Source: Bdellovibrionota bacterium
GTDB taxonomy: Bacteria > Bdellovibrionota > FAC87 > UBA2466 > JACKAF01
Reading direction: 5' to 3'
DNA length: 64,000 nucleotides
Assembly (NCBI GenBank): GCA_041391485.1
Contig: JAWKNY010000023.1
Location: 49 to 64,048 of the forward strand
Numbering within the stretch: the stretch's first letter is position 1; the number at the start of each line of letters is the position of its first letter. This document shows, piece after piece, positions 8,443-20,174 of this stretch. Under the pieces are notes generated by a model. It did no database searches, had not been told where the DNA came from, and worked only from the letters and a program-made list of their open reading frames with translations. The translations under genes and the position numbers were made by a program.

Positions 8443-9890
8443 AGACGCCGAAGTAGGAGGCGAGGCGGGCGTGGCGGTCGCCGTCGAGCTTTGCGAACCG
8501 CACCATTTCGAGGAGCTTTTTGTGTTGCCCCTTTAAGCGGGCCTCGTAGAGATCGGCATCCAGCAAAGTGGGGTCCGGCGGGGCGATGGCAACGATGTCC
8601 TTGCGTTCGATGTCCCCCTCAACGCAGTCCCAGCGCTTGAGCAAGTTCACGGCAGTTTCCACACGGAAATCCCGTCGGTTGTAGAAGTTCATCTCGCTTC
8701 TCAAGTAGTCGTAACCTTCGGCGTTCACGCGTGCCGTGTGATCCTGAATCTTCAAATACACCGATTGAATAAAACCGGGCTCAGGGTTTGCCCACTTGAT
8801 AAACTCCATCTGGACGGTGATGTCGTCCTCATCGTATAGCAGCAATCCCTTTGCAGGTTTTCCGTCCCGTCCCGCTCGCCCGACTTCCTGGTAGTACGCT
8901 TCGATGGAACCCGGAAGCTCCGCATGCAAAACCGCACGAATGTCCGCTTTGTCGACGCCCAAGCCAAAAGCGGGAGTTGCGAGGATCATCCCATCGGTGC
9001 TTTTCATGAAGGCGTTTTGGTTTTGCTTGCGTGACCGTTCCGGAAGCTGACCGTGGTAGATAAGATGGGAAATCCCTTTTTTTCTCAAGCCTTCAGAAAA
9101 ATTACTGAGCGTCTGAATGAGTGAGAAATAGACGATGGTGGGGCCCGTTTCTTTTTTTCGGAACTCCAAGAAGGTCTTCACCTTGTTTTCGAGCCCATGC
9201 AGCGATTCGACATCCAACTCTAAATTGTCGCGCGCAATACCGTGGTGAAAAACTTCCACCTCTTCGCGGGGGATCTGCAGCTGCTTGAGAATGTCTTCCT
9301 GCACTTCGGGGGTGGCGGTCGCCGTCAAAGCCATGGTGACGGGGTCACCAAGGAGCTGTCGAAACTCCGCCATGCGCGTGTAATCGGGTCTGAAATCGTG
9401 GCCCCACTGAGAAATGCAGTGGGCCTCATCGACCGCTAACAAAGAAACCTTGTTCTTCGCCAGGGCTTCGCGGAATTCTGTCTTTTGAAATCGCTCCGGG
9501 GTGACGTACCAGCTCATACTTTTGTTCGGCGAGCTGTGTAACGGCTGTTGCGCTCGTCGCGGGAGAGCGAAGAAGTTGATAAGCAGCACCTAAAGCCACG
9601 CTTGCTGGCGGCGTCGACGATCCTTCATCAACGCAATCAGCGGAGAGATCACCAGCGTAAGTCCCGGAAGCAGTCAGCGCGGGGGGAGCTGGCCAGCGCC
9701 TGAAGGCATCTGCCAGCCGCTGCCGGTCAGAGGACAGGGCCAGGACGAGCACCTGTTTTCCACAAGAAAGGGCGACTCTGGATGATCTTTACCTCCAGTC
9801 CGCCTGGCCCGGGTACCAAAGGTCTTTCAAGACGCCCTGTTGAGATGGACCGATTACTAAAGTTGGTAGCTGCTCAGGCGTGACACGCTG
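8441..9890 (-). pseudogene. recQ: ATP-dependent DNA helicase RecQ; C-terminal 382 codons intact, N-terminal third shattered
   Basis: ORF 8441..9589 contains VDEAHCISQWGHDFRPDY, helicase C motifs and RQC-like regions. Upstream, the expected LKDL.YPG.., ..GKQVLVL..TGSG.. and GLTLVISPLIALMKD segments appear in three different frames between about 9540 and 9880. The upstream end is approximate. Confidence 0.75.
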
Positions 9891-10147
9891 AAGTTGCTGG
9901 CTGTGCGCGTGTGCGTCGCTGTTGAAAACTCATAACGGGCCGGGGTTTTGTTATCCGGCTCGCAATCCGGGCCTTGCGTTTTGCGGTCGCTCTCGCGCCT
10001 CGTTTAGCCATGCCATCCTCTGAGACAAGACCCATACATCTACCCCAGACGGTCTTGGGTCGTCAATTCAGGGCGCTCTGTGCAGAGATCAATAAGGGCT
10101 GCTAAGATAAAGCACCTCCCCAATCCCTCATTTAAAGGAGAACGCCC

Positions 10148-11400
10148 ATGAAAATCTGGCTCGCCGCGGCGCATTGCCGCCAGCGCTCTTGCCCAGGCTT
10201 TGCCTGAAACGCCTCCCTTGCGGATTCTTGGGGCCACGCTGGATCTGGAGGGATGGAAAGTCACCAGGCCCGCAGCGGGACACCCGCATCCTGCGCGTGA
10301 AAGAGCAGGTCAGACACTGCTTTTCGTTTCGCCGGAATCGCAGGACTTCGCACCCGCAGCTTTCAGGGGTGAGGAGGACGCCAGCTGGGCGCGATCCTAT
10401 AACGGCCTAGACTGGAACCTCAGACTCGTCCCGGCGCGCGAAGGGCAGCTCCGTAGTGTGGTGTTTTCACGGCCCATCCTCGGGGGCATCACCTACGAGG
10501 GGTACGCGAGCGGCGAATCCGAAGCCGCGCTCACCGATCTCGTGGAGCTATTTCTTACCACCATTCGGCCTTATGACGGCCGGTCCCTTACGGACTTTTT
10601 CTACGGCAGAAATACTACCTGGGTTTTGGAATTACCTGAGCGGGACCCATGGGCAATAGGGGTGAAGTACGACATCGCGCACACGCATGACATTTTCACC
10701 AAAGAAATCAGTGCGCAACTACACGGGCACGAAGATTCATGGATCCAATCAGGGCGCTCAGGTACGCGACTACTGGAAGGATCTAGAACAAAACATGCTG
10801 AATGACATGTACGTGCAGTACTCGGCGGGGGCATGGGCATGAGACGGGACTTACTTTCGGGGTTTCCTATAACGAAATCCGCGACGCGCTCCTCGTATTG
10901 CAGGGGGGGATCATCGTCTTTATTATGGCCTGCCATTCGGGCGGCCTGGTCAACGCGTTTAACGCCAAAAAGTCCCTGTGGGAAAACTGGGGACAATACA
11001 ACCCGAACCCTCTTGTGATGGCGTCGAGTAAAGTATCCGAACTTTCAAGCACCGGACCCGGCACGGATACTCAGGAACCCGGCGGACGAGTGGGAGCGCT
11101 GGCAGCGCTTTTGGACACTCACTTTGGAAAGCGCTCATCGGTCACTCGGACAGTTACCAAACTCGGGTGAAAGACAGGCTCGTCTCCTTGGGCGAGCTCA
11201 TCGACTACACGGTCTGGAGAACCAAATCGGGGTGGGGTCATACGCCCGTTTATACCGGTGTTTATGATCGCGAGCTTCTAGTGAACCGTGTGCCGACAGC
11301 AGAGGAGTTACGTCAATTTAAAGGTGGGACAGAAGACTTAACTGATGAGGAAATCACTGAGCGCATCCGCGATCTGGATCTTTCCCTCTCCCGTTGGTGA
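10148..11400 (+). pseudogene. secreted clan-CD (caspase/legumain-like) cysteine peptidase, multiply frameshifted
   Basis: AAGGAGA-ATG start with a signal-like MKIWLAAA.. The catalytic-dyad contexts YSAGHGHETG and FIMACHSGG are present. The reading frame changes near 10170, 10800 and 11165. Confidence 0.6.
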
Positions 11401-12547
11401 ACGCGCACAAAAGAAGCCGCTTTGCTCGCCAGCTTGCGGGCCGCGACGACTGACTTGGCGGTGGCGAGCGCCACACCCATACGGCAGTACTTTCTCGTGT
11501 TGGGTTTTCTGAAGATACGAATCTCGGTGTTCTTCAGCGCCAAAGCTTTTTCAAGTCCCGTATACCGCTTCACCTCATCTGCCTCTTTGTCGGCGAGAAT
11601 GACGGCGACCGCAGGCCACGGTAATTGATGTGTGGTATGGGAAGGCCAAGGATCGCACGCGCGCGTGCAGGTCGAACTCGGACAAATCCTGTGAGATCAA
11701 AGTGACCGTTCCGGTATCATTGGTCGCGGCGAAAGCTCAGAGAAGACGACTTCCTTCTTCGTCACAAAGAACTCCACCCAAAGATGCCGGCTCCTCCCAA
11801 TCGATCCGTAATCTTTTTTGCCATCCGCTGCGCTTGTTTCAGCTGTGCCGGCGAAATCTTTGCGGGGATCAACTTTCCTGATAATCCCCTCGCTCTTGTC
11901 GGTGGCCTATCGGCGCGACAAATAGTGTGGGGCCTTTCTGCTGTTTTACTGTCAGCAGGGTAATTTCCAGCTCAAAGGAACCGAATTCTTCTACGATAAT
12001 CTTTGGAGCTTTTACACGTCCCGCTTCAAGCGCGTACTTTGAAGCGAAATCTTTTTTGCCGATTTCACGATGGATTGGCCCTTGCCGGAAGAAGACATGC
12101 ACGGTTTTACGACAGGTGGATAACCAATGGCCCGGCAACTTCTTCAAGTTCAGCCTCACTAGTGGCGTAGGCATAGCGAGCTGTACGCAGAAAGCCCCAG
12201 TTCTCAGGCCGCAACTTCGCGGATGGCGTCGCGGTTCATCGTGAGATGGGTCGCCTCGGCAGTCGGAATGACTCTAATTCCGGACTGTTCAAACTCGCGC
12301 CAGCTTCTCGGTGCGGATAGCCTCGATCTCGGGGACGATAAGATCCGGCTTGTGCTTTTCCACCACGCGGAAAGCGCGTCCCCGTTGAGCATATCGATCA
12401 CTTCAAACGCGTCGGCAACCTGCATGGCGGGTGCGTCCGCATAGCGGTCGACCGCGACGACATCTTCCCCTAGCCGTTTGGCGGCGATTACGCTTCTTTA
12501 CCCAACTCTCCTGAACCGAGCAGTAGGATGCGTTCCGGTGTTTTCAT
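11313..12547 (-). pseudogene. purT: formate-dependent GAR transformylase (PurT), multiply frameshifted
   Basis: MKTPERILLLGSGELGKE at 12547 downward, then [39 protein letters not shown] and a C-terminal RMGVALATAKSVVAARKLA. The pieces are scattered over all three minus frames. The normal stop is not evident. Confidence 0.7.
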
Positions 12548-14349
12548 AAAGGTGTCAAACAGGCCAAGGTCAGCAAGGCTGGCATGGCTTGCACATAGAG
12601 AATGGATCGCACGGCGTCCCATCGATCCGTAGATACCCGCTATTGGCGATACAGGTTAAAGAATTGCAGGGCGGTGTCGCGCACGCCCGGGGGTAGCGTC
12701 AAACTCCAGCACAGGCCCGCCAGAAAGCCTGCGTTGTACGGGCCTTCGATTGGCCGCAGCAGCTTGCTTTGGCTTGTTCCGCCGTCTGACCAAATACCTT
12801 TAGCGTATGGCTTGTCCCGGAGAGGAACATCTCCAGAACCATGAAATAAACGTGCTCAACCGCAATCAGACAACCAGGACCTTCACCAGCATTTCCATGA
12901 AAAGGGTCTACAAATTTCCAAGGAGTAAATCAAGCCCTTTAGCCAGGGCGAAGTAGTCAAAGGACGCAGCCAGGTGAGTTCGGGAGCTGAAGGCCAAAAA
13001 GAAACACAACCCCGGGAAAAGGATGTTTCCACTCTAGGCGTTCGTTCGTAACCGAGATCTGAAGAAAATACTTCAGCGTATAGCCAAACCCTCCCGCGCA
13101 GGGTGCGTGGACGCGAAGCTCGGCAAAAGGTACACCAAGACGTCGAAAATATTATAGAGAGTCACGCCCCAAAGAGCGGCTGCTGAGGCAAAGAGGCCGT
13201 GATGCAGATGAGTAGGATCGCACTCGAAAGAAGTGGGCCACGGCCAACGGCGATTTCAAAGCTGATGATCGCGATCTGGCGCTTTTGCTTCTGCCGGATC
13301 AGAAACCGGATTATAGTCGCCGGTGACTTCTTTGGCGTTTCCACGCCTCAAGCGCAAGACGTCCCAACAAGATAAGAGGTGCGGTGCTTCCAGAGAGTCG
13401 ATAAGAAGTTAGGGAGACCAAGCCATTAAATTATCCGCTACTGTAACCGGCACCAGTCCGGCTTTGTCTTCGCTTTGCATTACCGCAAGCCCTTTGCCGA
13501 TGAGCAGGTCTTGTAGAATGACCCCTCGAACTGAACTTTCGCGGCCAGCTGATTGTTCTCGTGCGCCACTTCAATGAGGTGAATGCGAGTGGCTTTGCTA
13601 AGGACTGACTGGATCAGCTTCTTTGCCAAAATTCCTTTGATGCGCTCGCATTCGCGTTTGGAGTCCGCCTGCCGGAACAGGTACTTTAAGCATCACCAGC
13701 TGATTTTTGCCGATATCGAATTGCAGGTTCGGGATGTCCACTTGGATGCGCGTCGGTTCCGGGATTGTCCACGTAACGTACGCAGTGAAACCCTTGATCC
13801 GTGTGGTCACCTCCGATGGCGGTGCTGCGTTTTTGGCCGCCACTTCACGGATGACCGGGGCCGTGGTGCCGGCTCAGGTGCCAGGCTTTTCCAAGGTGGA
13901 ATCCGACCGCGGTGCCGAAACTAAACCCGAAGCACAGCAGTAGCCATTCGCTCAGTGAGTTTTCCATGTAGCCCTTAGTATAAGGCCTACGGAGGAGAAA
14001 GCCGGAACCTAAGAGGCGAGGTTCAAGGCGGGAGAAGTAGTGCGGGTCTTTGCATTGGGCGCTGAAGGTTCCTTCGGCCTTTTTTGTGAAGGTGTTCCAG
14101 GCACGGGCTTTCAGAAACTTCTCTTCGCAACGTACCAGGGCGCGCGTGAAGACGCGCTGAAATGCCCGCTCCGTCCACTGGGTCCAGTTGGTAACCAACG
14201 GCTCCAAGAGCGGCAATGAAATGAAGCAGCATTGTGGTCGACAACATCATCCGTTTTCCATCACATCGCTTCTTTGAGGCCAGCTTTAAGCCGCAGACAA
14301 CAGACGCGGCTGGCCGCACAAGTGTGATATGCGTGTGATAAACTCCTTT

Positions 14350-15228
14350 GAGGTTTCCATGAAAAACAACAAAGAAAAACTACTCGGAAGCTTGTTGATA
14401 ATTTCGATTGTCGCCGCCCCGCTAATCTTTCCAAAGGGCGCTTGGACGAGGTTCCCGAAGTCGAGGAAGTGGAGCCGGTTGATGGGGACATTGCCGATCC
14501 GTACGATCTTTCGATCCCGTTCCTGCAAGTTTGATGCGTGCAGTGGTAACGGATCCTTTACGTTTGCGAATAGTCCCCATACGGTAGACGCAGGCCACTT
14601 TCAGCTCGAAACTTCTTTAGTCGATTACGAAAAAGATGTCACGACCGGTGGAACAACCGAGACTTATCTCGTGAACCAAATGAACCTTAAACTCGGTTTG
14701 AACCTGGACGCCGATGCTCAGGTGATAGTGCAGGTTATAAATCGAGGTGAAAGTCCGGCCAGCACGCGCGGTGGCTTCGGAGATGTAACGTTACGGTTTA
14801 AATTTAACGTCTTTGGAAACGATCATGGTGCTTTGCGGGGCTTTGATCCCGTTTTTGAAGCTGCCGATAGCTCGCAGGTGGGGCAGTGCTTTGAAGGCGG
14901 GCTGTATTTTCCTGTGGAATGGAAACCGAGCGACAACTGGGTTTTATCCTGATGCTCGGACCGGAGTTCTCTAAAGAAAAACGCCGCCGATACGCGTTAC
15001 CACTTTGAGCTTGCGGGAGGGGCTGCGCTCTCAACGCTTATCGCGGGCAGTTACCAACCGTTTGTGGAATACCGCTGCCGGTACAATGGCAGAAACTCGG
15101 CTGTATACCTCTAATGTAGGTGGGGGTCTCGCCTATTAACGCCTGAAGCTGGTACGTGGATGCAGGTTTGGACTTTGGGTTGAACAGCAACTCCTCGGAC
15201 ATGCGTTTTCTATTTGGGGACTTCATTT
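14350..15228 (+). pseudogene. outer-membrane beta-barrel transporter (MetA-pathway/phenol-degradation-like family), frameshifted
   Basis: Signal peptide MKNNKEKLLGSLLIISIVAA. Family-typical FTFANSPHTVDAGHFQLETSLV, a GDVTLRFKFN strand and a C-terminal DAGLDFGLNSNSSDMRFLFGDFI* are readable only after several frame switches. Confidence 0.55.
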
Positions 15229-15242
15229 AGGATCTAAGGTAC

Positions 15243-15607
15243 AGGGAGTTTCTTTTAATCGGTGTCGCGGGAGCACTCGGTACCTGGTCGAGTACAGGTT
15301 CACCTACTTGCCAAGCGCACGCTGTGGGTGCGGTGGGTACCTTTTTTGTAAACGTAATGGGGTGCTTGTTGCTGGCGCTTTTGCTCGAACACCCCTACGC
15401 CGAACGCCTCTCTTGCCGCGTTTGCTTCGAGTTTCGGCCGCCGTCGGATTTTTGGGGCCTTCACGACCTTTTCTACATTCGGTTATGAGACCATGCAGTT
15501 CTTCGAACAAGGCCGGTGGGGCTTTGGAACGCTTAACGTCCTGGCAAATCTTTGGGTGGGGCCGTTGCCGTTTGGGCGGGCTTCCGACTTTCTCTATCTT
15601 TTACCTA
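15243..15607 (+). pseudogene. crcB: fluoride ion channel CrcB, frameshifted
   Basis: LIGVAGALGT.., GTFFVNVMGCLLLALL and GFLGAFTTFSTFGYETMQFFEQGRWG segments are typical of CrcB but lie in different frames. Confidence 0.6.
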
Positions 15608-16559
15608 ATGAATTGCCTTCGCATATTTCCGATAAGCGGGACAGGACGGATATATGGCCGAACTTGAACCATTGAACGAGAACGATGCGGGTAGCTTCGA
15701 TCCGCGAAATAAACCAAAGCGAAAAACTGTGGTGTCGCCTGGCTGCGTTAAGTATTCTGCGCTGGCTGGTGCCGCCTTCATGTGATCTGCTCAATGCGGT
15801 GTTTGGATTCTTCGGTTTGTGCGGATTTACGCTGCTGCGTTCATTCTCGTCATTACCGAAGAGGCTGATTAACGCCGGATCTGCGTGATGGTGAGTCAGT
15901 TCAACCGTATGGAGGATGATTTCCAGCCGGTCCCGGCGGGGATACCGATGCCCTGCTTCAAGATACTCGACATGGTTCCGGCTCAGTCTTTTTTGGTCGT
16001 AATGGGCGTCGCCGTTTTGCTGTTTCTTACTTCGATGCGCTGGCAGTTCGTAGTTTGGGAACCAGCAAGCGATGGTCAAGATTACTTCGATCCGAGTAAA
16101 TAGTGGCCGAACCTCAAATGACAGAAGATCACCCGCTGTATTACCAGAAGGTAAGGAGGCGGAGATCAGGAACGTTGGCGTATCCGGCGCGTAGGGATGC
16201 TCATCATCACGGGTGCGTGGTTACTGTACCGCTTATCTCGGGTTTGGTATTACCCGGCACCACGAGAAGTTTCAATGGACCGAACCCTTGGTGCCCAACG
16301 TGATAGCAGCGATCGCGGTACTTAGTTTGAGTTTGTAGCCTCGATCGTCTACCAGGCGCTCTACTTCCGCTGCCCTCGCTGCGATCATTTCCTGAGGTTT
16401 GATTACGGTCTAGTGCCTTGAGCGGGAAATCTTCAAAAAGAATCATTCTACTGTTACAACTGCCGCGTCCGGCTCCGCTGAGCTGATCAGTTTTGCAGAG
16501 CGCTCGATGGGGCATACGTAAATCTCGCCCATGTCGGCTTGACGTCACTCGGTGCGGTG

Positions 16560-17086
16560 TGCTGAACTTGATCGGAAATCTCTCCGGGTTAGCGTACCAA
16601 TTTACTCCCTGAAGCGTGGCCTGGCGGTAAGAGCCTGATCCACAAAGATTTGGCCACCGAAGTGACGTCGATTGTGTGGTGGTGAAAATACACTTCCCGA
16701 GTAAAAATCCTCTCCCAGGTATTTTCGCAGGATGGGAATATCCAGCGCGCTCAGCGATTTGCCGAGTAACACCAGTGGCAACTCTCCTTGGAAGAATTCT
16801 TTTATGGAGCAGATTCCAAATACGCTTCCACCAGCCCGTCGAGCGTCGTCAGCTCAATGCCTTTTTCGGCGGCGTCCACAATCACGCTTTTCATGTGCTT
16901 GAGCACACCCACGAATTGAGGTTCGGCTCCAAAGATTCGAAGCTGGGACCTTTACCAAGTCTCTTTTCCCAGCTCCTTCACCACTTTTCGCGCTTTTGTG
17001 TCCACGGGAACAAGGCGAGCTGGATCAAGATGGCAGTCGTTTGTCAGGCCGGTGGCCTCGGTATCCACACTTGAATGTTTACTCAT
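16560..17086 (-). pseudogene. DEDD-type 3'-5' exonuclease fragment (tentative)
   Basis: A minus-strand ATG at 17086 gives MSKHSSVDTEATGL, which is Exo I motif-like (D-x-E-T-T-G-L). Downstream reading is interrupted repeatedly. The assignment rests on that one motif. Confidence 0.3.
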
Positions 17087-17099
17087 TTAGTAGTGTTTA

Positions 17100-17491
17100 C
17101 CAGTTAGGGCGCGTGCTGTCGATGCTGTCGGCCTCGGCGGGTCTACGTGGCCGAGGGGCGTTGGGGATCATTTCCCTATACGCGGTACCTTTCATTTTTA
17201 CGCAGTTTTTGCACCACCAGTTTTCCGATCGTGCGTTCACTCAAGATAATGAGGTGGCCCCTTTTTCGTAGGCTTGGTTCTTCATGTCATTTTGGCAGTT
17301 CTCAATGTTTAGCCGGAGCGTCGGTCGGCTGTTGCAAGCAGAGCTGACTTCGCCCACTGCGGCGTAACCGTCCAAATTTCTTTTGAAGCGTTCCCCGCGG
17401 GACAGCGTAACGGTTTCGCATTGGGATGAAGTTCCACCGTCGAGCACGCGGTGAAGCCAAGTGGCAGGAGTACAGAAAGAAAGCTTTTCAT
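17100..17491 (-). pseudogene. lipoprotein fragment
   Basis: MKSFLSVLLPLGFTAC has a signal peptide and lipobox, then loses frame after about 60 codons. The end is approximate. Confidence 0.3.
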
Positions 17492-17624
17492 AGGTGATAG
17501 ATCATTTTAGATCATCTTTGCTTGGTATCCCGGTTTCCCGGCGCGTCGAGACAGGGCGAGGAGGAGGCTTTTCTCACCATTCCCATCGGCAGCGTTTAGG
17601 GGTAAAAGTGGGTAAGGAGACAAC

Positions 17625-17995
17625 ATGCGACCGCTTTTTTTGATTGCCCTTCTTTCCTTATTGTCCGCCTGCTCGGGAATGGACGTCATCCCTCTCGATG
17701 GCTATGGGCCAGACCAAACGTGAGGCTACCCGCGTCGAGAAAGTGAAACTCTACACGGATGCGGGCGAAATCCAGGGCGGGTTCGTGGAGTTGGCGGTGT
17801 TGCAGATAAAGATGGCCACCAGCGTCAAGTTACTACATCTCCCAGTTCAAAAATGAAGCGGCAGCCTTAGGTGCAGACGGCGTCCTGCTTGTTGAAAAAC
17901 TAGCCCCGATGAACCCCAAGCCTTTGGCGGCGCGTTCGGCCTACCGTGAAGGGTATTGGAGCGCTATTGCCGTGACGCTTACCGACAAGAAATAA
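17625..17995 (+). pseudogene. small lipoprotein, frameshifted
   Basis: AAGGAGA RBS, then ATG 17625 giving MRPLFLIALLSLLSACSG (lipobox). The coherent tail ..EAAALGADGVLLVEKLAP.. ..YWSAIAVTLTDKK* lies in other frames and ends at TAA 17993-17995. Confidence 0.5.
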
Positions 17996-18067
17996 GCCGT
18001 TCCGCTGACGCATCGTCGACCGTACTTCATTAATCAATCCGATTGGTTAGTTGTACACCTTTGTCTT

Positions 18068-18932
18068 ATGCGATTCCTACTGGCTTACATTTTATTGGGT
18101 ACGGCGGTTCCGGCTTTTGCGATTCCCGACAACTTTACTTGGGGTGCAGTGGAGTTGCAGGGAGCGTGCGGTTCCGCATTTTGCCAACGTCCCGCCCGGT
18201 CAGTTGGGATTGCCAGTCCAAGGAAAACTGAAACCCAGCTTTGTTTACCAACGCCTTGATCCTCGGATCGGAAAAGTGGTTTTGTTTTGACCGACGAGAA
18301 CGGAGAGATCGATCTCCGACCTCTCGGGCGAAATAGTATTATCGAATGCCGGCAAGTGGGCATTGAAGTGGAAGACGGCTACTCGCCCTGGTGCCAACTC
18401 AAGGACAGGAACTTTCGCGGCTTAAAACGATCCAGCCGTTTGGCAAAGAATGTCGTCATCTACCAACTTTCGGAAATACTCCGACCCGATTATCGTGAGA
18501 AAAAGTTCTTCCAATGGCTTGAGTGGACGCGAACCGAAGAGCGCCCTTTCCTGCGTCGCAACCCAGAGTCTGTCGTCAATACCACACCCCGCAAATTGGC
18601 CAACACTAAAGCCTACAGACCCCGGAGAAACCGTTCCCAAGTTTATCGAAAAGAAAATGAATACTGGCAAAATCTCTACGGGTAAATTATCCAGTACCCT
18701 CGGGGCAATGGATGCAGCTCTTCTGACGGGAACTATTATCTGGTTGATAAGGGCTTTCACTTAGAGCATTGGCCAACTAGAAAAGAATATTCTTGTGAAG
18801 GTACCCGACAACGAGAGCTGGATAAAAATCAGTCGAGGCGAGAACAGCTACCTCTTCGTCAGGTCTCAAACCCGAAAACAGGATTGGGTGCACTACTACA
18901 CGGAGGGCTACTTGCCCAGCAATCAGGAGTGA
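18068..18932 (+). pseudogene. secreted protein of unknown function, fragmented
   Basis: Signal peptide MRFLLAYILLGTAVPAFA, then coding-like sequence continues across ORFs 18287..18685 and beyond in shifting frames. The end is approximate. Confidence 0.3.
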
Positions 18933-20174
18933 ACGCCGTGGACGCGTGCAAAAGCCTGTCCCAAAAGACCGAGGTTATTCTAATGTACCGACGGTTAATC
19001 ATAGGGCCAGTCTACTGGCCTACTTCTCTTTTATTCCCGTAGCGAACGCCGGATTAAAAGAAAAAGGGAGCTGTTCAAACCCGTGGAGCCGACCCCGGCC
19101 CCTTCACCGGACGTGAAGTGAGGACGGGTCAAGCCGATGGGGCTCAAGTCTTCCGCCAAAGCCCAGTAAAAAGGCGATCTTCACAGCTGAAGATCCGTTC
19201 GTGGTGAATAGCGGCATCGTGAAGCGCATGCCTTTATGATCACGAGAAAAAGACTCCGTGTTGGTGAAGGAGGAGGTTCTCTGAGCGAGTCTGTGTTCCG
19301 GTTTAACCCGCTGCTCGACGAATGGGTTTTCATGCTCACCGACACCAAGGGTTATTTCCTTAATCCCCTGAGTGTTGATGGTCAGCTCCGGGTTGCCCCG
19401 GGGTATGGTTAGTTCCAAAGAAACTTACCTCTAACTTCCGTTTCGAAACGGGCGGGAAGTGGGTCCCGACAAAGCAAGATGAACTACACCCGACATGGTC
19501 GTTTTGAGTCGTCCACCTAAGCGAATCGATCAAGTTTCGATCAACCCGGAAAGTACCGCGTGGAATATCCTGATCGGCAAGACATGGCGGATCTCAGAGA
19601 GTTCTATCAGAAGTTATTCGTTACAGGAGCCCTAGTACTCTTCACGTCACGGAATTTCCGTTCGGCGTGACAGTCATTTTGGAGTCATTTCCCGTCCCCA
19701 ACTCTGCTAACTTTGCGTTTAACCGAACGCACCACCAAAACAACGATCAACGCCAGAGTGAGAAAGACCAAGGGAAGATAGGCGGAGTATTTTCATACTC
19801 AAAGCCTAACAGAATGCCGGCGACTCGCAATCAAGGGTGCGTCGCGGCTGTATTCTCGCTAATCAAACTTGTGCCTGAGGGCAGAATACCAGGTGTACAA
19901 GCCGGAAGCAGGCAAAACTTATAGATATAGAGAGTTTAGTGAGTTTGGCGGGTGGCCCGGCCAATCGCGAGACGTTTTTGTACGGTAGGTCGTGAGTTAA
20001 AAACGTTTGATATTTCAAAGGGTTAAAGTTGGAGCCAGGCCGTAATGTGGCAGACTCTGTACAAAAACACTATAGGGAGAGATCTCTAACGGTTAACCAT
20101 TGAACTACCAAAGCCTACATAGAATCTAATTCTTCTCGCGCTGCTTTCTACGGTAAGCGAAGGCGGAATCGCCT

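Noticed and set aside
2667-9000. The tRNA-Lys 3' duplication as the boundary of an integrated genomic island.
   Set aside because: The two copies are only 74 nt apart. No integrase, excisionase or phage/ICE genes occur on either side. Flanking genes (cydAB, GT2, cysQ, recQ) are ordinary chromosomal genes. At most this is a scar.
12550-14330. Minus-strand fragments tentatively read as a MacB/FtsX-type ABC permease (..RQKQKRQIAIIS.. resembling the ERxREIGIxKAxGA loop) or an MCE/LptC-like protein.
   Set aside because: The pieces are too short and too frame-scrambled to distinguish between families. They are mentioned in the block finding but not annotated.
15594-16550. Minus-strand ORFs (161 aa and 113 aa) considered as a REP-associated/IS200-like tyrosine transposase.
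   Set aside because: There is only a vague resemblance (..WFPNYEL.., ..GPLKLLVV..). No HUH or catalytic Tyr context could be identified. Parts of the same DNA read at least as well on the + strand, as a DUF190-like fragment downstream of crcB. Not supportable.
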